Shown here piece after piece: positions 53,005 through 62,332 of a stretch of DNA of 64,000 nucleotides (position 1 is its first letter; each line of letters opens with the position of its first letter). Below the pieces are notes generated by a model. That model saw nothing but the letters and a program-made list of their open reading frames with translations, had not been told where the DNA came from and ran no database searches. The translations under genes were made by a program, and so were the position numbers. Source of the DNA: Candidatus Heimdallarchaeum endolithica (GTDB lineage Archaea; Asgardarchaeota; Heimdallarchaeia; Heimdallarchaeales; Heimdallarchaeaceae); contig CP084167.1 in assembly GCA_021513715.1 (NCBI GenBank), forward strand, positions 736,001 to 800,000, in the 5' to 3' direction.

Positions 53005-53943
53005 TTATCTATTTAACCCATCAAATTTTTGCATTAATCTATCCATCTCTTTATCTATGTCAACATAAATTGATTGATCTATCAGCATATAATTACCTTT
53101 TATGGTGACATTCTTCAAATTTAAACCTAAAATCCACTTTTCTAGATTCATTAATTCATCAAATCCAAGAAATATAGCTAGTTTTGAAAGCTTGATCGAT
53201 ATGTATTTTTCTAGTATTTTTTTGAAAATTTCATTTCTTTGAACTTTCAAGTTTTGTTTTTTAATTTCTTGGAAATAGTATCTTAATCCACTTGACAATT
53301 GTTGATATTTTAAGTAGGAAACATCCCAGTCAGCTACTTTTTTTTCTTTTTCAGATATGTATAAGCGAACCAAATTTCTAAAACCAAAAATAGGAGTTAA
53401 ATCTAGTGATCTGAAATTATTGTTTGAAATATCTAGTTCTTTGAGCGCAACACAGAAAACTATCTTTTTTAAGTTTACAGAGGTAAGACTATTATTAGAA
53501 ATATTAAGTGTTCTTAGATTTGGGAAGAGAGAAAGAGGAGAAAGACCTATAGTTTCTAAATTATTGAAAGATAGATTTAGAGATTTAATCATTGTACAAG
53601 ATATAAGGGGAGACAAGTCAATTTCAGTAATTTTATTACTCGATAAATCCAGTATTTCAAGATTTGGACAATTTCTTAGAGGTTCTAACCTGATTTTTGT
53701 TAAATTGTTGTTTGACAGACGGAGAGAGGTTAAATTAGAACAATTTTCTAAAGGAGTTAAATCCAATCTTGATAAATTATTGTTGGATAGGTTTATTGCT
53801 TCCACGTTTGGTAAATCTTTTAAGAAATCTAAATTTATAGTCATAAGATTCATATTTGATAAGTCAATTACATGATGACTTTTTTTAATTGAAAATTCTT
53901 TTTCACCCTTTGTAGTATTAAGTTTGATTTTCATATTTGTCAC
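53005..53943 (-). CDS. Leucine-rich repeat protein with C-terminal winged-helix-like domain
   Basis: ~7 22-aa LxLSxNxL..LDLxPL repeats; tail ISIKLSKLAIFLGFDELMNLEKWIL. Confidence 0.85.
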   Translation of the reverse strand: MTNMKIKLNTTKGEKEFSIKKSHHVIDLSNMNLMTINLDFLKDLPNVEAINLSNNNLSRLDLTPLENCSNLTSLRLSNNNLTKIRLEPLRNCPNLEILDLSSNKITEIDLSPLISCTMIKSLNLSFNNLETIGLSPLSLFPNLRTLNISNNSLTSVNLKKIVFCVALKELDISNNNFRSLDLTPIFGFRNLVRLYISEKEKKVADWDVSYLKYQQLSSGLRYYFQEIKKQNLKVQRNEIFKKILEKYISIKLSKLAIFLGFDELMNLEKWILGLNLKNVTIKGNYMLIDQSIYVDIDKEMDRLMQKFDGLNR

Positions 53944-54789
53944 CTAAATCTTTTTTCCTAAACCAAGCTCTTCATATTCTTGGAATTTGTCAAGTAGTAT
54001 GGAAATAGCAGAAACAATATCTGAATCTTGTTCTGCTTTGTTAATAATAACAATTTCATCATCTATCTTAAACAACTTTGTCGGAAGATGCAATATCCAC
54101 CTTTCTAATTCTAAAACATCATTAAATTCTAAAAGAGGAGCAAGATCATGAAGAAGAATTTTTTCCTTCTCGTAAATTATCTTCTTCAGTATTTCTTCTC
54201 TTCTTCTTTTAAGATTCTCAAGAGATTCTTGAAATTGAATCCTTTCTAACTGAAGATCTATCTGTGAATCTATTTTTGAAAGAATATTGGATGTTGAGAG
54301 TAGTTTTCGAATTATTAACTCTGTCTTTTCTGAGTTTAACAGAGTGAAATATTCTCTATTTTCAAGAAACCAATCTGTAAAAGTTCTTAAAATAGAAATT
54401 AGTTCTTTTGATTCATTTTTTTGAATATTTAGTTCTTCAGTTAATTTTTCTATTGATTCGATTTTTGGATCAAAGTATTGCAAAGTTACTATTTTTTGTT
54501 GATTCTTCGAAATTATCTTAATAAGACATTGATTCAACAGAGATAGTGAATCAAGATACTTTTTTTCACCGTTAGCAAAAGAGTAGTTTAATCTTAATTT
54601 TTCTCTCTTAGCTTTAAGTTTTTTGTTGGAAAATTTTTTAGAGAAAGACGAATAAAATTGGAAAAAATAGTTTCTAAAAATCGTTAAAATCTCTTTACTT
54701 CCCATTTTTTCATTATTAAAATCATTTATTCTATTTTCTAAATCTGAAAAAAGGCTATTTAGTTGTAAGTCAATATTTTCTTTTTTCAT
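53944..54789 (-). CDS. Hypothetical protein sharing the C-terminal domain of the adjacent LRR protein
   Basis: ILLHDLAPLLEFNDVLELERWILHL...ISILLDKF. Confidence 0.7.
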   Translation of the reverse strand: MKKENIDLQLNSLFSDLENRINDFNNEKMGSKEILTIFRNYFFQFYSSFSKKFSNKKLKAKREKLRLNYSFANGEKKYLDSLSLLNQCLIKIISKNQQKIVTLQYFDPKIESIEKLTEELNIQKNESKELISILRTFTDWFLENREYFTLLNSEKTELIIRKLLSTSNILSKIDSQIDLQLERIQFQESLENLKRRREEILKKIIYEKEKILLHDLAPLLEFNDVLELERWILHLPTKLFKIDDEIVIINKAEQDSDIVSAISILLDKFQEYEELGLGKKI

Positions 54790-55136
54790 TGTTCTTCTAC
54801 TCCTAATAGAATCTTCTTTAGTAAAAATAAATTTTTCGTGAGTTATTGGCCATTTATTGTATCTGTGTAAAAAAAACTATTTTTTCTGTAAAATGTGCAA
54901 TCAAGAAGATTATACAAAATATTTTAAAATAGTTGATGAAAAAAAAATTTATTCCATTGCAATGCCATTTTTAGCTGCTGTTGTATTCTTCATTCTAGAC
55001 TTGTTTCCAATAAGAAAAAAAGTTGAATCTCACGTAAAGTGGCCTATTTTTCATGGTTCAATGTTAACCAGTATTAGTGGGTTAACTTATGCATACATTT
55101 TACAAGAAAATATGATCTTTCATGATATTAAACTCT

Positions 55137-55385
55137 CTACATAATATCACTTAGTATTCCATAAAAAATAGTATCTTGAATAGTAGAATTTCCTGTACTA
55201 TTCTTACCAATAAATACTGTATATTTTATAAAATCAAAAGAATGTTCATCATACCAACAACGGATATTTTGAATTTTTATATTTTTAATTTGCGGAAAAA
55301 TCCCTTCATTATTATTGTTATAATTCTTTAAATACAAATAAAAGGATTTTTTCTCTCTTCTCTCTCTCATAATTTTTCTTAGCAA
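55137..55385 (-). pseudogene. Remnant N-terminus of an SMC/OLD-type ABC ATPase
   Basis: IKNIKIQNIRC...TVFIGKNSTGNSTI (Walker A with K>N), then stop. Confidence 0.55.
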
Positions 55386-55513
55386 TGTTAATTCTCTTAT
55401 TATCTTCTTGATTATCTATCAAACTGATAGTGTTAGATAACTCCAAATCCCTTTTTTCTTATTCAATTAATTTAGAGGGAAGAAACAAAAGAATCAACTT
55501 TGGACTTTGGATA

Positions 55514-56641
55514 TTACCAATTTAATTCAATTTTTGTAATGTAAGCTGTGCTTCCTCCAGCATTAAAGGGTAAAATTTTTATTTTTCTTAAATAAATTTG
55601 TTTCTTTTTGTCATCAAGATAAATCAAATGATCTTTAAGAAAACCAAACCATTTATCTTCATAATACAAATAAGGTGCTACTGTTTTTATTTCTTTCTTC
55701 AAACTTGGATTTTTCTTTACAGGATTTTCAAAGATAAAACCAATAATTGATTTCATATGGTGTTCTTTCTCATTTAGTCCAAATTGGTTTAAAATCAAGT
55801 CAATTGGTTCTATGATAATTTTTCCTTCTTCAAAACCAATCCCCTATTTCTTAATTTCCCTATCATCAACATAAGAATCCAAGCCACAAATTTCACATAA
55901 GGTGTCAACTCGCTTTTTTACCCAACTGGTATTATGATCTCTATTTATAAGGAATGTTGGTTCAAATTGCCTGAAGTGAAATTTTTGAATATTTTGATTT
56001 TTTTCCACTAATCTGGAATAAATCTCAAGAATAAAAAATGAATTAGTTGAAAGTAAAGGTTCAACAAATACTAGATTTTCACTTGAATGGCATTTATTTT
56101 TATCAATTGAACTATACCTTTTTTCTTGTTCCCTGAACGCCTTAATAAATGTATCTACTCCAAAATCACTCCAGTTTATTGATTCTTGACTGATACCGAA
56201 ACTTCCTTTAGCTGAAAAACCAAAAATATAATTGTAAACTGATAGTAATTTGTTCAACTTTTCTGGACAATATTTATGTTCAGTGAATAAAGTTATAGTT
56301 TCATAATCTTCATTAAGAAGATACATCGGAATAAAAACTACTGTATTTGAAACTCTTTTCTTTGGATGTGGATTATGAATAAAATATTTTAACTTTTTAC
56401 CGTTAGAGTAAATTGGCATATTCATAATTATAGGAGGTTTTAATTGTTCTAATGTTATCTCTCTATCCTTCCAAAAGGAAATTTTCCTTTCTTGCAACAT
56501 CCAAAGTTTTTCCCATAATAATTCATCTAAACTTACTTCATCATCAAGAACTGCGCAAATGTCTGACTTATCTATTAACAACAAACTTTTGTCTTGACTA
56601 CTAATTGCGTCCTCTATCGCTGGATTAGGAAAACTACTCAT
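55514..56641 (-). pseudogene. Hypothetical protein split by a frameshift near 55850
   Basis: After DDREI a one-base shift gives EIGIGFEEGKIIIEPIDLILNQFG, in frame with ORF 55514..55798. Confidence 0.55.
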
Positions 56642-56723
56642 TGAAATATTTAAAAAGGTGATATTATTAATCAATAATGATAAAAATAACTGGAAAAACA
56701 ATTTATGGGACAACATTTATTAA

Positions 56724-56847
56724 AAAAATAGATGGAGAAGCAGAAAAACCTACAAAAACAAATTGATTCTTGGGAAAAAATAATTAAAAAACTAAAACAA
56801 GTAAAATATGAAATACTTCAAGAATCAAATAGGAAAAACACATACTT
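56724..56847 (+). repeat. Left arm of ~115-bp imperfect inverted repeat
   Basis: Perfect 31-bp core CTTGGGAAAAAATAATTAAAAAACTAAAACA at 56769-56799. Confidence 0.85.
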
Positions 56848-56924
56848 AGTTAGCTTTCTACGATAAAATTATTTTGAGTTTTAAACTCTGATATTTTGAA
56901 AATATTAAAGGATTATTCTGAATC

Positions 56925-57884
56925 TCATTCATTTTCCGATTTTTCATTTTTTCTTTTTAATACAACTAAAAAGAGTATACCAAAAATAATTAATGAAAGA
57001 GAAAAACTCAAATATATTTTACTTTGTGTTGAAATGTTAACCCATTCTTTCAAGAAAAGAGCGGCATAAATTGTGGGAAATAATAGTACTGAAGAGTGGT
57101 AAATCGGAACAGTGACAAGTGCTTTTGCTTTTTGATAAGAAATTTGCATCAAAATTGTTGCAATATTCGCTAAAAAGGTGTTTAACCCCCCAAGCAACCA
57201 AAATTTATAATCAGTGAGATCTATATGAATTGGTGTTGAAAAATATATACTCCAACCCTTCATTGTTATTACAGCAAGAGACATAAATATTCCAGCAGTT
57301 AAAGTATTAGGAATACCACTATAAGCAGGGTTTAAATTAAGCGAAAACTCTACAATAAGAAGTATTAAAGCAACAAATAGGAGAGAAAATTGGAATAATA
57401 CAGAAGTTCTAAAAGTAAAAAGAGACCAAAATTCATCTACAGTAGATTGAGTATTTGTTTTTGAAGAAAACAAACCAGATAAAACTACTCCTATTATAAT
57501 TAAAATGAAACTAATTACCTCTTTTAGATTCAATTTCTCTTTTAAAATAAAATATGAAAAAATAGAAAGAAACATTAAGCCAGAACCATTTATACTAGCA
57601 ACTAAAACAATATTTCCATAAGCATAAGCAAATATTGATGCGACTGTAGAAAGAAGAGTTAAAAATAAGCCTGTTAACCAAATAGGATTAGTAAGAAAAT
57701 TTCTAATATTCTTTTTTAATTTTGTTTTTTCTATGGGATCCATTTTTACAATAGCTTTCTTCTGTAAAACGTAACCTAACATTACAGAAGCATTTCCAGC
57801 TAAAGCTATAGGGATCGCTAAAATGGAAACATTAATCATAAAAAAAGTTATGTAAAGAAAGTTAAAAGTGTTTTTAAAGTTCAA
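56925..57884 (-). CDS. DMT-superfamily membrane protein (NIPA/Mg-transporter-like)
   Basis: GYVLQKK, NPIWLTGL, FILKEKL, ~9 TM helices. Confidence 0.75.
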   Translation of the reverse strand: MNFKNTFNFLYITFFMINVSILAIPIALAGNASVMLGYVLQKKAIVKMDPIEKTKLKKNIRNFLTNPIWLTGLFLTLLSTVASIFAYAYGNIVLVASINGSGLMFLSIFSYFILKEKLNLKEVISFILIIIGVVLSGLFSSKTNTQSTVDEFWSLFTFRTSVLFQFSLLFVALILLIVEFSLNLNPAYSGIPNTLTAGIFMSLAVITMKGWSIYFSTPIHIDLTDYKFWLLGGLNTFLANIATILMQISYQKAKALVTVPIYHSSVLLFPTIYAALFLKEWVNISTQSKIYLSFSLSLIIFGILFLVVLKRKNEKSENE

Positions 57885-57929
57885 AAGGCTATATTTTGCT
57901 TTTCTTGGATATGAACAAAGGAAAAAATG

Positions 57930-58046
57930 AAGTGTTCACCATTTTGATTCTTGAAGTGTTTATATTTTACCTGTTTTAGTTTTTTAATTATTTTTTCCCA
58001 AGTACCAAATTACTGTTGTAGTTTTTCCAGAGTTTCCTCTATTTTT
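57930..58046 (-). repeat. Right arm of ~115-bp imperfect inverted repeat
   Basis: Reverse complement of the core at 57972-58002. Confidence 0.85.
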
Positions 58047-58319
58047 TCCTTACTCGTTGTACTAAACAAAATATATTCTCTGTCTACAGTTATAGCATAC
58101 TCTTCAGGAAACTGATATAGCCAATGTAAAAAAGCGTCTTCATTTGTAAACCCTAATAACGAGATAACTTCTCTATAGCTATACTCTTTGTACGTTTTAT
58201 TACTTGTTGAAGTGTTTGTAACCTCTCTTATTTAAATTTAATTCTTATATAATGTTTATGTTCTTAATAACTGAATTAGTTTTTTCGCTTTCTTGTTATT
58301 TTTTTCAGTTTATTTCTGT

Positions 58320-59162
58320 TTATTCTCTAACTACCCTCTTAACCTCTGGGTCGATTAAAACGTCCAACAGACCTTTATCTATAAATTCTTTCAATGGTGT
58401 AAGATCAATTTCTTGCAAACAATTGAAAGACAAATCCAATACCGATAAACTTGTACATTTCTCAAGCGGAGTTAAATCTATTTTTTCCAACTGATTTGAC
58501 CATAAATGCAACTTGTCTAGGTATTTACATTTTTTTAGCGGGGTTAAATCAATGTCTTTCAATTGATTATTGTCTAAATACAATTCTATTAAATTTATAA
58601 ATTTTTCCAGTGGGATTAAATCTATTTCCTTTAGCTGATTGTCTGATAAAGATAAACATGTTAGATTTTTACATTTTTGTAGAGGGTTTAAGTTAATGTC
58701 TTGTAATTGATTGGAAAACAAACCTAACCATGCTAGATTTGTACATTTCTCTATGGGGCTTAAATCTATTTTTTTCAACTGATTATCGTTTAAAGAAAAA
58801 TTCATCAAATTTGTACATTTTTCTAATGGAGTTAAGTCTATTTTTTTCAACTGATTATTATTCAAAAACAAAATTGTTAGGTATGTGCTTTTTTCCAAGG
58901 GAGTTAAGTCTATTTCTTTTAACTGATTATTATTCAAAAACAAAAATGTTAGATATGTACATTTTTTCAAGGGAGTTAAGTTTACTTCTTTCAACTGATT
59001 ATTTGCTAAAGACAAAAATATTAAATTTGTACATTTCTCTAGAGGAGCTAAATCTATATCAACCAACTGATTGAACGCTAAAATCACCTCTTTTGCATCT
59101 TTATTTATTTCTTTAACAAATGTTGTACCATCAGTTTTTTTTCCTCTTATCTGTATTGTCAT
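58320..59162 (-). CDS. Leucine-rich repeat protein (about ten 22-aa repeats); C-terminal domain decayed downstream
   Basis: NQLKEIDLTPLEKCTNL repeats; broken downstream frames give ERLQTLQQVIKR...LLGFTNEDAFLHWLYQFP. Confidence 0.9.
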   Translation of the reverse strand: MTIQIRGKKTDGTTFVKEINKDAKEVILAFNQLVDIDLAPLEKCTNLIFLSLANNQLKEVNLTPLKKCTYLTFLFLNNNQLKEIDLTPLEKSTYLTILFLNNNQLKKIDLTPLEKCTNLMNFSLNDNQLKKIDLSPIEKCTNLAWLGLFSNQLQDINLNPLQKCKNLTCLSLSDNQLKEIDLIPLEKFINLIELYLDNNQLKDIDLTPLKKCKYLDKLHLWSNQLEKIDLTPLEKCTSLSVLDLSFNCLQEIDLTPLKEFIDKGLLDVLIDPEVKRVVRE

Positions 59163-59210
59163 TATCAGTTAGTCTTATATCTTCTTTTCTTTTAAGTTTT
59201 TTTTAATTAT

Positions 59211-60482
59211 TTAAAGAAATATTTCCTTAGTCTTTTTATTCATTGAATATACTAGAGTTGACCAACCAAAAGATTTAGCTCCCATACCTTTCCCTGTAAA
59301 TGGATTATAAAATTCTCTAAAACCACTTTTTTTAATTATTGCTATAGTTCTTTCAGCAACTTTGCCTGCAAGTTCGAACTCTTTTTGTTTATTTAATCCT
59401 AACCAAATTAAAAAATTTGTATTTACCCACGTTGGACCTCTCCAAAGAAGTTTGTCTTCAGTGGGAGAAAAAGTTGATTCATCAGCTGCAACAGAAGGAA
59501 TAGGATAAGGAAGCCAATATTCACGAGGATTGATTAGATGTTTAATAAGCGAGTTTTTAACAACTGCTGGAATATCTAATAATAGAGGAGTAAGAGAACC
59601 AACAGTTTTTACTTCAATCTGTTTAAACTTGTCTGTTCGTACATCCAAATCAAAGAATATTTTCTTATCATTGTTCCAACAATACTTAATTAGACTTTGT
59701 GTTATTTCACTTGATTTTTTATCGTATTGAAGCGCCAAATCGTCTAAACCCAATTTTTTAAGTACTTCAGCATAATTTTTTAAAGAAAAAGCTAATAGAG
59801 AATTAGTAAGTACGTCTTTAATTCTGAAAGAAGAATACTTGCAAATTTGTTCTTGTTCCCAAAAATATCGCTTTTTAAAGTCCATTAATAATTTCCGAAA
59901 TCGTAATCGTGCCTTGAGTCCGAAAAAAGGTTTATCTTTAAGTTCTAAGTCATAGCTTGGAAGGCTGTCAAGTCCGCTTTCCCAAGGATGAACAATACTA
60001 ATTAATCCTGTCTTTTCTGGGTCTCTTGTTTTTAACAAATATTGATAATGCTGATTTGTATTAGTAATTAACCTATCTTCCTTGTTAAACTCCCAACCAT
60101 TTTTACTTAAAATAAAAAGTGAATAACCGATTATTGGGGGTTGAATAAGTTCAGAATATTGTTTAGAGGGAAATAATCTATCTGTAAAAAACCACCATTT
60201 ATCCTTTTTCTGCTTCCAAAAGATCATATGAGGAAAAAATTCTTTCTCTTTTTTTCCAATAACTAAACTTTCCAACTCAGCTACTGCTCTTTTGTTATAT
60301 CCCATATTACTCCAAACAATAGAATGAAAACAACTATCCCAAAACCATTGTTGGTTGTATACTCCGGGACCAGGAGCAGTAAATACAACTTCATACTTTC
60401 TATTATCTGTAGATATTATTTTTTTAACGGAGTTTGTTGTCAAAATTTCTTTAACTTTAGAAGATAAATCAAAAGAGATCAT
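59211..60482 (-). CDS. GH63/trehalase-like (alpha/alpha)6 glycoside hydrolase (mannosylglycerate hydrolase-like)
   Basis: YNQQWFWDSCFH, IQPP, HPWESGLDS, WRGPTWVNTN, GFREFYNPFTG.G.GA..FGWST. Confidence 0.85.
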   Translation of the reverse strand: MISFDLSSKVKEILTTNSVKKIISTDNRKYEVVFTAPGPGVYNQQWFWDSCFHSIVWSNMGYNKRAVAELESLVIGKKEKEFFPHMIFWKQKKDKWWFFTDRLFPSKQYSELIQPPIIGYSLFILSKNGWEFNKEDRLITNTNQHYQYLLKTRDPEKTGLISIVHPWESGLDSLPSYDLELKDKPFFGLKARLRFRKLLMDFKKRYFWEQEQICKYSSFRIKDVLTNSLLAFSLKNYAEVLKKLGLDDLALQYDKKSSEITQSLIKYCWNNDKKIFFDLDVRTDKFKQIEVKTVGSLTPLLLDIPAVVKNSLIKHLINPREYWLPYPIPSVAADESTFSPTEDKLLWRGPTWVNTNFLIWLGLNKQKEFELAGKVAERTIAIIKKSGFREFYNPFTGKGMGAKSFGWSTLVYSMNKKTKEIFL

Positions 60483-60555
60483 TTCATTAAATCAAAAGAT
60501 AAAAGACGTTTAAGTTTTTTTACATTTAAAGAAAAGCAAGGAAGAAAAAGTAAGT

Positions 60556-62232
60556 TTATTTTATAGGAATTAATTCCAATAATTGAATATTTACTCCAGT
60601 ATAAATTTCTCTAGGTCTAAAATTTCCACCGATTATTGGAGCATAAGACGGGGTTGTCAGAAAATTTGGAGGAGGAAAAATATGACCAACTTCGTTTTTC
60701 GTTGTCAAACCAAATGCATAAGGTAAAAAGATGTTCCACTTTGTTGGGTTATATGGATTAAATGGAACTTCTGAATTAATATTTATTCTCTTAACTACAT
60801 AAAACGGACCTGAATACTTTTCTAGAATTGCAGTATAGTTAGAACTAAGATATATTTCCAATTCAAGAACATACTCTACCCAGTATCTCAAATCGGAATC
60901 AACATTTATTATCACTCCATCTTTGCTAATTAAAGCTGGAATGAGCTTCTTTATCTCTAACAGTTCGAGATATTCATCTTCTGTTATTGTAGGACCCATA
61001 CCACTTGAAAAGAAGAAAGCACTAAGAAAACCAGATAAACCAAATAAAATCACTAGAGAGTATGAAAAGATTTTTTCCTAGCCTTCTTTTCTGTTTATCT
61101 AATGAAATGTTAAAGTTAGAGAAAACTAATTTCACAAAATCTTCAAGAATAATTAAACTACCAGGAGTTATAAGCGAAATAGGAACAAAAGCGAGAAGAA
61201 CAAATCGCATTCCCCATTCACTTGGAATAAAAGGTAAGGTAAGGAAAAATAGGATTACAGCCATAGATAAGACTAGAAGAGAAGAAAAGAAATATTTTCG
61301 AAATGTTTCAAAAAGAGATTTGTTTATGTTTTTAAGAGATTTAGTGAACATTTTGATGAAAAAAATAAGTCCAAAAATGTAAGGAAAAGTAAGAAAAATA
61401 ACAAAATTTGCTCTTGTTTGTTGAGTTGTAATTGTTGATGACGAAAAAAGATCCTTGATGAAACTTCTAACTTTATTGAAAGTATAAAATGTAGTAGGAA
61501 AAACAAAGTATAGAACTGTTAAGACAATCACCGTAGTCAATAGAGAAACGATAAGGATAAGACAAGTCTTTTTAGAAATTGTTTTCTTTCAATTATTACA
61601 AAAGAGAAAAGACCAATAAAGAGAAGCACTATTCCAAAAGCAGCTGTATAAAGATGAGTTGCAATGGTTAAAATAAAAGAAAAAAATGCAAGAAATACAT
61701 TTTTTTTCTTCATAAAACTTTCTTCAAGAGTAAGAATAAAGAAATAAAGAAAAAATAATAAAAAGAACACTCCAGCTAGATTTTACATAAAATCCTCGAT
61801 CATTCTAAGATAGTACCAATTAAAAACAGATAGAAAACTCCCAAGCAAACTAAATATTGTGGAATGGCTGTGCTTTTTTTCTAATATGTGATTAAGTATC
61901 AGAAATGTAGGAACAGCAATGAGAGAAGAGATTAAACTCATTGCAATCTTTATACCAAGAAATGAACCAAAAGTAACAACAAAAGGAACCATATAATAAT
62001 AAACAAAGGGGGGGTCATTAGAAGCAGTAGAACCTGTTTGTAAAATATTTTTTACTTGAATATCATAGTAGGGACCATCACGTCCGTAGGAAAGATTATA
62101 CTTAGTTAATAGTATCAAATCGAAGATAAAGGAGAAAATGACTAAAATAGATAAACTTATCCATTTATACTGTAATAATTTTTTTATATTTGATTTTTTG
62201 TCTGAGAACGAACCACTCTTGCTAGATAGCAT
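60556..62232 (-). pseudogene. GT-C-like polytopic membrane protein in four fragments
   Basis: GRDGPYY...DPPF N-terminal loop; in-frame TAA at 61783, frameshifts near 61545 and 61055 link four ORF-track fragments. Confidence 0.7.
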
Positions 62233-62332
62233 GCTTTTTTTTTAATTATAACTCTTATAAAGTCTTATGTACCTTTGGTTTATAGTGAAAAAGCGATAAG
62301 AAAGGAAGATATGTTGATAGAAGGATTTTCTA

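Noticed and set aside
53357-53875. 172-aa plus-strand ORF and the many other short antisense ORFs in the track
   Set aside because: Shadows of well-supported genes on the opposite strand or frame; no motifs.
58400-59070. 66-bp periodic repeats
   Set aside because: Fully explained by 22-aa LRR coding repeats.
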